A stretch of DNA of 62,811 bases from an uncultured Acidimicrobiales bacterium (GTDB taxonomy: Bacteria > Actinomycetota > Acidimicrobiia > Acidimicrobiales > SHLQ01), in the NCBI GenBank assembly GCA_937969345.1, contig CALBVK010000037.1:1-62811 (forward strand). Direction: 5' to 3'. The translations under genes and the position numbers were made by a program. The notes under the pieces are model-generated. The model ran no database searches and had not been told where the DNA came from. It saw only the letters and a list, made by a program, of their open reading frames with translations. Positions 46,366-56,874 of the stretch are shown one piece after another (within the stretch, counting starts at the first letter, position 1; every line of letters begins with the position of its first letter).

Positions 46366-46381
46366 TACAGTTTTCTATTGC
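46366..46381 (+). promoter_or_regulatory. recurrent upstream motif variant TACAGTTTTCTATTGC (site 6 of 6)
   Basis: Lies 25 nt upstream of ATG 46406 and shares TCTATTGC with the site at 38754. Confidence 0.25.
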
Positions 46382-46405
46382 TGCAACTGAGGAGCTCATA
46401 AATTC

Positions 46406-47488
46406 ATGTCAGTGATTCTTGTTACTGGTTCCGGCGGGCTAATTGGGTCACAGGCGGTGACACACTTCGCCCCGGAAGCCGACACCATCGTCGGCATCGA
46501 CAACAACATGCGCCAGGAGTTCTTTGGACCTGAGGCATCGACGGATTGGGTCGTCAATGACCTGACGACGCGATACGACAACTATCGCCATGTCGCTGCC
46601 GACATTCGCGATACCGACGCGATGAACGCGCTGTTCGCCGAATACGGCACGGACATCTCGCTCATCGTGCACACGGCCGCCCAGCCATCGCACGATTGGG
46701 CTGCCCGGGATCCGCACACCGACTTCAGCGTCAACGCAAACGGCACGCTCAACCTTCTTGAGGCAACCCGCCAGCACTGCCCCGAAGCGGTCTTCATCTT
46801 CACATCGACCAATAAGGTCTATGGCGATACGCCGAACTTCTTACCGCTCATTGAACTCGAATCTCGCTGGGAGCTCGACCCTGAGCACCCGTGGGCCGAG
46901 CACGGAATTCCCGAAGAGATGTCGGTCGACCAGTCGACTCACAGTCTGTTTGGCGCATCCAAGCTCGCCGCCGACGCCCTCGTTCAGGAATACGGTCGGT
47001 ATTTCGACATGAAGACCGCAGCATTTCGAGGCGGTTGCCTTACCGGACCCGACCATTCCGGAGCCGAGCTTCACGGGTTCCTTGCGTACCTGGTCAAGTG
47101 CACCGTTATTGGCCGCCCGTACACAATCTTTGGGTACAAGGCGAAGCAGGTCCGCGACAACATCCACGCATCGGACCTCATCTCGGCGTTCGACCACTTC
47201 TACCGTGCGCCTCGCGTCGCCGAGGTGTACAACATCGGTGGCGGTCGTGCGATCAACTGCTCGATGCTCGAAGCAATCGACCTCGCTGAGGAACTGTCAG
47301 GCAACAAGCTCGACTGGACCTACTCCGATGAGAACCGCATTGGCGATCACATGTGGTACGTCAGCGACGTGCGTCGCTTCCAGAACCACTACCCCGACTG
47401 GAAGTTCACCTACGACCTTCGCGCCATCATGGGCGAGATCCACGACAAGATGGCCGAGCGTTGGCTTGCCGAAGGTGACGACGCGTAA
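46406..47488 (+). CDS. NAD-dependent epimerase/dehydratase (CDP-paratose-2-epimerase-like extended SDR)
   Basis: [16 protein letters not shown] and [12 protein letters not shown] (YxxxK-equivalent region). GGAG 11 nt upstream of the ATG. Confidence 0.8.
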   Translation: MSVILVTGSGGLIGSQAVTHFAPEADTIVGIDNNMRQEFFGPEASTDWVVNDLTTRYDNYRHVAADIRDTDAMNALFAEYGTDISLIVHTAAQPSHDWAARDPHTDFSVNANGTLNLLEATRQHCPEAVFIFTSTNKVYGDTPNFLPLIELESRWELDPEHPWAEHGIPEEMSVDQSTHSLFGASKLAADALVQEYGRYFDMKTAAFRGGCLTGPDHSGAELHGFLAYLVKCTVIGRPYTIFGYKAKQVRDNIHASDLISAFDHFYRAPRVAEVYNIGGGRAINCSMLEAIDLAEELSGNKLDWTYSDENRIGDHMWYVSDVRRFQNHYPDWKFTYDLRAIMGEIHDKMAERWLAEGDDA

Positions 47489-48255
47489 TGCTCACTGCGA
47501 ATGCCGAACAGGTCGACATCTTCGGTGTCGAGCTCTCCATCACCGACTACGAAGATGCCACCAAGCGCATCGTCGAGGCAGGCCGTCAAAAGCAATCGTT
47601 CGCAATGAGTGCGCTCGCGACCCACGGCCTGATGGAAGCTGTTCATGACGACAGCTTTCGCGAGGTCGTTAATGGACTCGATCTCGTAACTCCCGATGGC
47701 CAGCCAGTGCGTTGGGCCATGAACCTGCTGCACGACGCTGACCTCGATGAACGCGTATACGGGCCTGACCTCACATGGAAGGTCTGCGGTGCGGCCGCAG
47801 ATGCAGGGGTGGGCATTTACCTGTTTGGCTCGACTCCCGAAACCTGCGATGCGTTCGTGGCTGCGATTCTCAAGGAATGGCCACATGCGATCATTTCCGA
47901 TGTTCAGCCTGACCGGTTCCGCGATGCAACTCCTGAAGAGGACGCAGCCGACATAGAACGCATCAACAACTCAGGTGCTGGTGTTGTTCTGGTCGGACGA
48001 GGCTGCCCGCGTCAAGAGAAGTGGGTGGCAGCACACAAAGGCAAGGTCAACGCCGCGATGATGGCCGTTGGCGCGGCGTTTGATTACCACGCTGGCCAAC
48101 TTCGCAAGCCACCAGCCATGATGCAGAAGTATGGCCTCGAGTGGTTGTGGCGTCTCGGCCTCGAGCCAAAGCGACTCTTTAAGCGCTATGCGGTTACCAA
48201 TAGCCAGTACGTTGTGGAACTCGGGAAAGCCCTCGCAAAGAAGCGGCGTTCTTAA
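47488..48255 (+). CDS. WecB/TagA/CpsF-family glycosyltransferase (GT26)
   Basis: LVTPDGQPVRWAM, GAGVVLVGRGCPRQEKWV, YGLEWLWRL. TAATG overlap with the upstream gene. Confidence 0.85.
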   Translation: MLTANAEQVDIFGVELSITDYEDATKRIVEAGRQKQSFAMSALATHGLMEAVHDDSFREVVNGLDLVTPDGQPVRWAMNLLHDADLDERVYGPDLTWKVCGAAADAGVGIYLFGSTPETCDAFVAAILKEWPHAIISDVQPDRFRDATPEEDAADIERINNSGAGVVLVGRGCPRQEKWVAAHKGKVNAAMMAVGAAFDYHAGQLRKPPAMMQKYGLEWLWRLGLEPKRLFKRYAVTNSQYVVELGKALAKKRRS

Positions 48256-48285
48256 CCATGCGTGTGCTGACAGGAGACCTGGTCA

Positions 48286-49827
48286 ATGGCTGATTCCGTT
48301 GCTGAGCTACAGCTCACCGACTATCTCGACATCGTCGGACGCCGCAAGTGGATCATTGTTGCCTTGGTCGCGGTGTTGCTCGCTGCAGCGATTGCGATGT
48401 CTGCATTGCAGACGCCGCAATACCGTGCGTCTGCTCGTGTCCGCGTCGATCTTGGCTCATCAAACCCCCTCGACGACACCACCAACGTGTCGAGTTCAGT
48501 GCGATCCCGCAACCTGCAGAACGAGGTCGAGTTTGCGAACAGCGACCGCGTCGCGACGCGGGCCGCGATTGACTTTGGGGACTCGATCGGCGCGTCCGTC
48601 GCTGCGTCCACCAACTCTGACACGCTGAGTTTCACCGCTGTAGACGCCGACCCGCAACGCGCCGCTGACGTCGCCAATACCTTTGCCAATGCCTATGTGG
48701 CTGAAAGCTCGCTGGCCTCTGGCGAACGCTTTATTGCTGCGGTGAGCGTCATCAACAACCGTCTCGCGGAGATCAGCACGGAGCGCCTCGCGCTCGAACG
48801 CGAGTTGCTGAGCACAACCGATACGTCGAGTGTGCAGATTCAGATCGATTCGCTCGATGCCGAAGAAATTCGTCTTCGAGCTCAGCTCAACCAGATCGAT
48901 GTGTCGAGTCAGCTGAACAACAGCGCCGCAGTGTCGATCCTCAACGAAGCCGGAGCCCCAGGCAGTCCGTTCGCTCCATCGTGGGTCCGTAACATCGGTC
49001 TTGCCCTCGTCGCTGGAGCGATACTCGGAGCCGGTGTCGCCTTGCTCCTCGAGACCCTCGACGACACGATTCTCGACAAGCGCGATCTCGAACGGGCAAC
49101 CGACGGCGTTCCCGTCATTGGCGTTATCCCGCCACCCCTCAAGTCCCGGTTCGCGAAGCGCGAGCGTCGCCTCATCACCAGTCGAACCGGAGCCTTCACC
49201 GAGGCGTTTCGATCCCTGCGCTCTGCAATCGAGCTCGGCCAGGCGGCTGGCACCGAGATTCGCTCGATTCTGATTACGAGCGCAAACCCCTCAGAGGGTA
49301 AGTCGACGGTGGCTGCCCATCTCGCTGTGGCATTCGCACGATCCGGAGCCAACGTCCTGGTCATCGACGCGGACATGCACAACCCCACCCAGCATCAGCT
49401 GTTCGGGATCGGTAACGACAACGGTCTGGCCGAGCATCTGTCCAGCGTTGGCAACGCGGAGATCATCACCGAGCAGGCATCTGGTGAAGGTCTGGTGTCG
49501 GTGATTCCCGCTGGTTCGAGCGGATCCCCACCCGCAGAGCTATTGCGGTCGGTCCCGGCTCAAGAGTTCATCGAGAAGCTGTCGTATGCCTATGACCTGT
49601 TGATCATTGATTCCCCGCCATTACGCCCGGTCGCAGATACCTTGCCGTTGGTGAGAATCGCCGATGCGACGCTTCTCGTGTCGATGCGTGGACAGACCAA
49701 CGCAGCGGAGCTCGATCAGGCAATGGAGCTCCTCCTACGAGCTCAGGCCCGCCCACTCGGAGCCGTGCTTAACGGCGCTGACGAGAGCACGAGCGGCTAC
49801 GGCTACGGCTACGGCAACAACAAGTAG
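48286..49827 (+). CDS. Wzz-domain / BY-family protein tyrosine kinase, copy 3
   Basis: Walker A ITSANPSEGKSTV, A' DADMHNP, B LIIDSPP, and a C-terminal Tyr cluster SGYGYGYGNNK. Confidence 0.85.
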   Translation: MADSVAELQLTDYLDIVGRRKWIIVALVAVLLAAAIAMSALQTPQYRASARVRVDLGSSNPLDDTTNVSSSVRSRNLQNEVEFANSDRVATRAAIDFGDSIGASVAASTNSDTLSFTAVDADPQRAADVANTFANAYVAESSLASGERFIAAVSVINNRLAEISTERLALERELLSTTDTSSVQIQIDSLDAEEIRLRAQLNQIDVSSQLNNSAAVSILNEAGAPGSPFAPSWVRNIGLALVAGAILGAGVALLLETLDDTILDKRDLERATDGVPVIGVIPPPLKSRFAKRERRLITSRTGAFTEAFRSLRSAIELGQAAGTEIRSILITSANPSEGKSTVAAHLAVAFARSGANVLVIDADMHNPTQHQLFGIGNDNGLAEHLSSVGNAEIITEQASGEGLVSVIPAGSSGSPPAELLRSVPAQEFIEKLSYAYDLLIIDSPPLRPVADTLPLVRIADATLLVSMRGQTNAAELDQAMELLLRAQARPLGAVLNGADESTSGYGYGYGNNK

Positions 49828-49834
49828 CTGAGGC

Positions 49835-50614
49835 TCAGGTCGCTCCAGCAGTCGCTGGACGTCCCCGGCGGTCTAGGAAGCCAATCGCTGTGGCCATCGC
49901 CCGCGGGTCGTGTCGCAAGTGGTGGCGGGCACCATCGATGATTCGCAGCTCAACGCTCGGGTGCGCATCGGCGATCGCACGTGCGTCGAGTTGTGGAACG
50001 CCATCGTCGTTGCTGCCGTGCAGGACCATGAGACGCCCGCCTGAACCGGCGAACCGTTCTGCGCTCTTCACGGTCGAAACCCCGACGAGTTCTTTGGCCC
50101 ACCCACCGAAGTCTGACGGAAAGTCGTTGTCGCTTATTGCGCCGCATCGGCGGGCGTGGGATAAAAGCTCACGCGGACGCGATGCCCAGTCCTGAAAGTC
50201 GGCGGGTGCTGCCGCCGATACGACCCCGGCAATATTGCCGTCGTCTGCTGCTGCATCAACGGCGAGCGCTCCGCCCGTGCCGAAACCCATAATCCAAACC
50301 GAGGAGTCAACGCCCTCCACGCCCCGAATGTGTTGAATCGCGGTCCGTAGGTCCTGTCGCCACCCATTGAGCGAAAAATGACCTCCGCTCGTACCGATTC
50401 CTCGGAATGCCAGCGCAAGAGTGATCATGCGCGCATGGTCTGCAATACGGTCGGCGAGATCGGGAAAGGTCCGAAACGAATTCGCTCCACCGCCGGTGTC
50501 GGTCGGAAAGCCGGGTACCAGAACAAGGCCTGGCCGACCGTTCTCGGGTACACGCTCGGGCCTTGCGAGCCAGCAGTCGAGTGGTCCGGCTGCTCCGTCG
50601 AGCGCGACGTTCAT
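49835..50614 (-). CDS. alpha/beta-hydrolase-fold protein (dienelactone-hydrolase-like), nucleophile apparently substituted
   Basis: PGLVLVPGFP, HGSNDDGVP, GARHHL. The nucleophile elbow reads G-F-G-T-G (IMGFGTGGA) rather than GxSxG or GxCxG. Confidence 0.65.
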   Translation of the reverse strand: MNVALDGAAGPLDCWLARPERVPENGRPGLVLVPGFPTDTGGGANSFRTFPDLADRIADHARMITLALAFRGIGTSGGHFSLNGWRQDLRTAIQHIRGVEGVDSSVWIMGFGTGGALAVDAAADDGNIAGVVSAAAPADFQDWASRPRELLSHARRCGAISDNDFPSDFGGWAKELVGVSTVKSAERFAGSGGRLMVLHGSNDDGVPQLDARAIADAHPSVELRIIDGARHHLRHDPRAMATAIGFLDRRGRPATAGAT

Positions 50615-50622
50615 CGAGAGGT

Positions 50623-50817
50623 CTACGCGGTCCGGAGGCGGTAGCCGCGGTTGCGGGCCTCGGGCAGGGTGTCGGGGCCGAACGTGGCGACTTGTTCGCT
50701 CTCGACGAGTTCAGAAATGACTTCGCCGTTGTTGTCGGCATTGTCGAGGTCGTAGACGACCTGGGTTCGCTTATCGCCGATGTAGCGGAACTCGTGATAT
50801 TGCTTGGGACGATCCAT
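50623..50817 (-). CDS. hypothetical 64-aa protein
   Basis: MDRPKQYHEFRYIGDKRTQVVYDLDNADNNGEVISELVESEQVATFGPDTLPEARNRGYRLRTA. It ends 8 nt before the hydrolase start. No obvious SD and no family recognised. Confidence 0.45.
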   Translation of the reverse strand: MDRPKQYHEFRYIGDKRTQVVYDLDNADNNGEVISELVESEQVATFGPDTLPEARNRGYRLRTA

Positions 50818-50833
50818 GTGGAGATTCTAGTTT

Positions 50834-50875
50834 CGGCAAAACAGAAAAGAGGAGGTCCGGATGGACCCCCTCTTT
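50834..50875 (-). terminator. intrinsic terminator (minus strand): 13-bp stem, 4-nt loop, U-tract
   Basis: Minus-strand RNA reads AAAGAGGGGGUCC-AUCC-GGACCUCCUCUUU followed by UCUGUUUUGCC. The single imperfect position is a G-U wobble on the minus strand but an A-C mismatch on the plus strand. Confidence 0.7.
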
Positions 50876-51141
50876 CCGTAACACAATTCGCTGGATAAAC
50901 CGATCTACCTGTTTACGACCCCGTGTCGCTGAAGTGGCATTCGAAACGCTCCTTCTGCGGGGGAATCGTGCCGGGTGGAACAACGTCCGACGGTTAGTTC
51001 GGCGGTGTCTGACACTGTCTGCAGGGCGGACAGCGAGTCAACATTCTCGCCTGTGATCCAGCGGGCCCGACCTAACGGTCAGACACCTCCAAGGTTCCAA
51101 AATCAGTATTAATCTGGACCACCCCCTTTCTCTCGGTATCT
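50876..51141 (-). ncRNA. candidate structured RNA (cis-regulatory leader or long 3' UTR), class unknown
   Basis: A 266-nt non-coding stretch. A 10-bp long-range helix (GGTGTCTGAC 51004-51013 with GTCAGACACC 51078-51087) encloses two small hairpins (51015-51033 and 51033-51050). It ends in the terminator above. Confidence 0.35.
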
Positions 51142-51582
51142 CTACCGTACCTCATCTCCGACCGCTCCGATATCGCGGAGGTAAGAAACGAGGGCATCGA
51201 CGATCACCGTGATGTGAATGGCGTCGAGCACAGATTCGGATTCGACGCTGCGAGCAACGGCGTAATCGACCGCTCCGATCTCATCGGCAACGGCTCGCTC
51301 ACCGTCGACCCAGTCCCCTCCGAGCTCTTCGCCGTACGTGCTCGACATACCCAGTTCTTCGAAGAACTCGAGAACCCAGCCAACGACGGTTTGTACATCG
51401 TCGTGACTGACCACAGCCGAAACTTCGAACGGGAGGGCTTCTGCGACGACTTCGACTGCGTCATCAACCTCGAGCAATGCGGGAGCGACGGTCCCTTCGA
51501 GTTCAACGGAGACTCGTGCAACGGCAACGACGGCAATGCCAACGATCAGAACGAACCCAAGGACTGCAATAAGCCAAACCAC
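51142..51582 (-). CDS. hypothetical membrane-anchored acidic protein
   Basis: GTG start. N-terminal TM WLIAVLGFVLIVGIAVVAVA, then an Asp/Glu/Val-rich domain. No family recognised. Confidence 0.5.
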   Translation of the reverse strand: MVWLIAVLGFVLIVGIAVVAVARVSVELEGTVAPALLEVDDAVEVVAEALPFEVSAVVSHDDVQTVVGWVLEFFEELGMSSTYGEELGGDWVDGERAVADEIGAVDYAVARSVESESVLDAIHITVIVDALVSYLRDIGAVGDEVR

Positions 51583-51594
51583 GGCCCAAGGCTA

Positions 51595-51747
51595 CCGGCC
51601 AGCAGCCGAGCATCGAGAGCCGCCAGGCTCGGATTGCGACCGCTCCCTCCACACACCTAGTTCGAAGCTGCGAAGCCGGTTCGAACGGGCGCGGCCTCCG
51701 GCCAGCAGCCGAGCATCGAGAGCCGCCAGGCTCGGATTGCGACCGCT
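51595..51747. repeat. two perfect 50-nt direct repeats (103-nt period), intergenic
   Basis: 51595-51644 and 51698-51747 are both CCGGCCAGCAGCCGAGCATCGAGAGCCGCCAGGCTCGGATTGCGACCGCT. The flanks are unrelated. Confidence 0.9.
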
Positions 51748-51810
51748 GGAAGAAACAGCGTCTAATTCCGTCCGGCGAGAATCGCGGCGGAGCCGCTCGC
51801 CGGAAAGGAA

Positions 51811-52926
51811 TTAGATCCCGATGCGCTGGGCGAGAAGTTCGCGATGGTAGGTGGGGTCGCCGAAGAGAAGTTCGGAGCTCTTGGCACGCTTGAAATACAG
51901 GTGCGCCGGGTGTTCCCAGGTGAAACCAATGCCGCCGTGGATCTGAATGTTCTCGGCGGTTGCGTTGAAGTAGGCCTCGGAGCAGTAGCTCTTGGCGAGG
52001 CTTGCCATGGCGGGGAGCTCGTCGTTGTCCTCTGAGGCACACCACGCTGCGTAGTACGCGGCGGACTTCGCGGATTCGACTTCGAGGAGCATGTCGGCAC
52101 ACTTGTGCTTGATGGCCTGGAACGATCCAATGGGGCGTCCAAATTGCACGCGGACCTTGGCGTATTCGACGGCCATGTCGAGCACCATTTGCGCTCCACC
52201 GACCTGCTCTGCGGCGAGGCCGACAGCTGCACGGTCGAGCACGCGTTCCATGGTGGTCCAGCCAGCACCGTCGGTACCGACGAGGCGTGCTGGCGTGTCG
52301 GCAAGTTCGATCTTTGCTTGCTTGCGAGTTTGGTCCATCGTGGCGAGCGGTGTCCGGGTCATGCCCGCTGCGTCACCGTCGACGGCGAACAGGGAGACGC
52401 CGGCGCTCGTGCGAGCAGCGACGATGATGAGTCCAGCGGTGTGCCCGTCGAGCACGTAGTGCTTTGCACCGGAGAGTGTCCATGCGTCGCCGCCCTGAGT
52501 GGCGGTTGCGGTGACGCCAGATTCGTCCCAGCGTCCGTTCTCTTCGGTCATCGCCACGGTGGCGATAAGTTCGCCGCTTGCCATCTTTGGCAAGTATTCG
52601 CCCGCTGCATCTGCATCGTCACTGAGCAGGAGCGCTGATGTGGCAAGAACTGCTGTTGAGAAGAAGGGAGCGCACAGGAGTGCCCGACCCATCTCTTCGA
52701 GAACGACAACGAGCTCGACCCAGCCGAACCCTTGTCCACCGAACTCCTCGGGGATGATCAGGCTTTGCAGACCGAGCTGTTCTGCCATCTGCGACCAGAC
52801 AGCATCGTCGTAGCCCGACTCGGTTTCCATGAGTTCGCGCACGGCCTCTTCACTCGACTTTTCCTCCAGGAACTGGCGGACGAAGGAGCGGAGCTGTTCT
52901 TGTTCTTCGGTGAAAGCAAACTGCAT
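51811..52926 (-). CDS. acyl-CoA dehydrogenase
   Basis: FGGQGFGWVELVVVLEEMG and YAKVRVQFGRPIGSFQAIKHKCADM. 371 aa. Confidence 0.85.
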   Translation of the reverse strand: MQFAFTEEQEQLRSFVRQFLEEKSSEEAVRELMETESGYDDAVWSQMAEQLGLQSLIIPEEFGGQGFGWVELVVVLEEMGRALLCAPFFSTAVLATSALLLSDDADAAGEYLPKMASGELIATVAMTEENGRWDESGVTATATQGGDAWTLSGAKHYVLDGHTAGLIIVAARTSAGVSLFAVDGDAAGMTRTPLATMDQTRKQAKIELADTPARLVGTDGAGWTTMERVLDRAAVGLAAEQVGGAQMVLDMAVEYAKVRVQFGRPIGSFQAIKHKCADMLLEVESAKSAAYYAAWCASEDNDELPAMASLAKSYCSEAYFNATAENIQIHGGIGFTWEHPAHLYFKRAKSSELLFGDPTYHRELLAQRIGI

Positions 52927-52936
52927 GACCTTTAAC

Positions 52937-54043
52937 TTACCCTGTGGTCACTTGTTCATGCGAGCTAAGCGGTACGCCCGTATCTTGCGGTGTTGCTGGC
53001 GTACGTAAGGGCCGCCGTGGCCGTCGAGCCGATGCCAGCAGCTGTCCAAGGCCTCGACGGAGCGCTGATACGGTGGTCTTGACGCCAATCACCGGGTGGC
53101 GAACCATCCACATTGGGTTGCGCAGGCCGGTGAACGGGTACGCCATTTGGGCCATCATCGAACGGGGTACGTCTTCGTCTACGCCGTACACCTGTGGGCG
53201 CCGGTCCGGCGGCATGTACCAGGTACCAAAGAGCATGTCCCAGGCGGGCAAGAAGACCGAGTAGTTCGAGTTGATCGCATCGGTCTCATTGGCGTGATGC
53301 CAGTGGTGGAAGTCCGGGGTGATGACGATCCGTTGGAGGGGGCGCCACCGCCACCGCACGTTTGCGTGGAGGAAAATGCCGGTGAGGATTTGCACGACCG
53401 TCAGGATTCCGGTGACTTCCAAGCTGAAGCCAGCGGCGAGCATAAAGGCAACTGCCGGCGCAATGATGAGTCCGTCGATTGGGTGGTTACGAAATGCCGA
53501 CACCCAGTCCATAGTTTCGATCGAATGATGAATCGAGTGGAAACGCCAGAGGAAGGGAACCTCGTGGCTCCAGCGGTGGACCCAGTAGATAATGAGGTCG
53601 AAGACCACGAACCCGACGAGCATCTGGGCGACGGGCGGCAGCGCTGAGACGACTGGACGGAACGCAAGTCCAGGGAGCCAGGCAAAGCTCAAAGCGGCCA
53701 CGACCATGCCGGAGACGAGGGCAACGGCGGTGAGAGCTGGCTGGCCGAGTGCGTACGTAATGTCGAGGCCGAGGTGCTCACGCCGAAGCGGTTGGTCGTG
53801 TCGCGGAAACAGCTTCTCGAATGGGACGACCAGCACGAAGAGGAGCGCGAGCAGTACGAGCGGCGACTGGTCGAACCAGAGGGAGCCGGCCACCACGGCG
53901 GCGGCGAACATTCGCACGAGCCACACTCCCTGCCGTGTCGTCGAGTGAGACGTCGGAGTGGCGTTCGGGTTCGGTGGTGGCGGAATCGAACTCGGGATCG
54001 AGTGTGGCGCTGGCGGAGGGGGTTGTTGGGTTGTGGTGTCCAT
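52937..54043 (-). CDS. fatty-acid hydroxylase / sterol desaturase family membrane protein
   Basis: His boxes HRWSHE, HSIHHS, HHWHH. Pro-rich N-terminus; the start could instead be the internal M (MFAAAVV). Confidence 0.8.
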   Translation of the reverse strand: MDTTTQQPPPPAPHSIPSSIPPPPNPNATPTSHSTTRQGVWLVRMFAAAVVAGSLWFDQSPLVLLALLFVLVVPFEKLFPRHDQPLRREHLGLDITYALGQPALTAVALVSGMVVAALSFAWLPGLAFRPVVSALPPVAQMLVGFVVFDLIIYWVHRWSHEVPFLWRFHSIHHSIETMDWVSAFRNHPIDGLIIAPAVAFMLAAGFSLEVTGILTVVQILTGIFLHANVRWRWRPLQRIVITPDFHHWHHANETDAINSNYSVFLPAWDMLFGTWYMPPDRRPQVYGVDEDVPRSMMAQMAYPFTGLRNPMWMVRHPVIGVKTTVSALRRGLGQLLASARRPRRPLRTPATPQDTGVPLSSHEQVTTG

Positions 54044-54168
54044 ACCGCTCAGAGTGACAAAATGGATACCAAAGTTCTATCGGGGATAGCCCTAATGACA
54101 CCCTGAGATGACCCCACTCGGCCTCATGGACCATGCAGGGATCGTAGGATCTTGCCGATCCCTTTCGC

Positions 54169-56835
<2,667 letters not shown>

Positions 56836-56874
56836 TCAGCCGCCCGCCTTGGGTCGGGCATCTACACTCGGCAC

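Noticed and set aside
50876-51141. Assigning the structured region to a known riboswitch class (ydaO/c-di-AMP, TPP, cobalamin) or to RNase P or 6C RNA.
   Set aside because: Only short, partial word matches were found (GGGGGUGGUCC, GCCACUU, CCAGAUUAAUACUGA). None reproduces the conserved cores I remember. This needs a covariance-model search, so I report it only as an unclassified candidate.
51678-51686. GGTTCGAAC, which resembles a tRNA T-arm.
   Set aside because: I could not build an acceptor stem, anticodon arm or D-arm around it. It lies between the two 50-nt repeats.
29117-51747. Whether the direct repeats at 29117/29193 and 51595/51698 could be small CRISPR arrays.
   Set aside because: Each has only two copies. 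The two repeat families are unrelated, spacer lengths (34 and 53 nt) differ, and there are no cas genes in the window.
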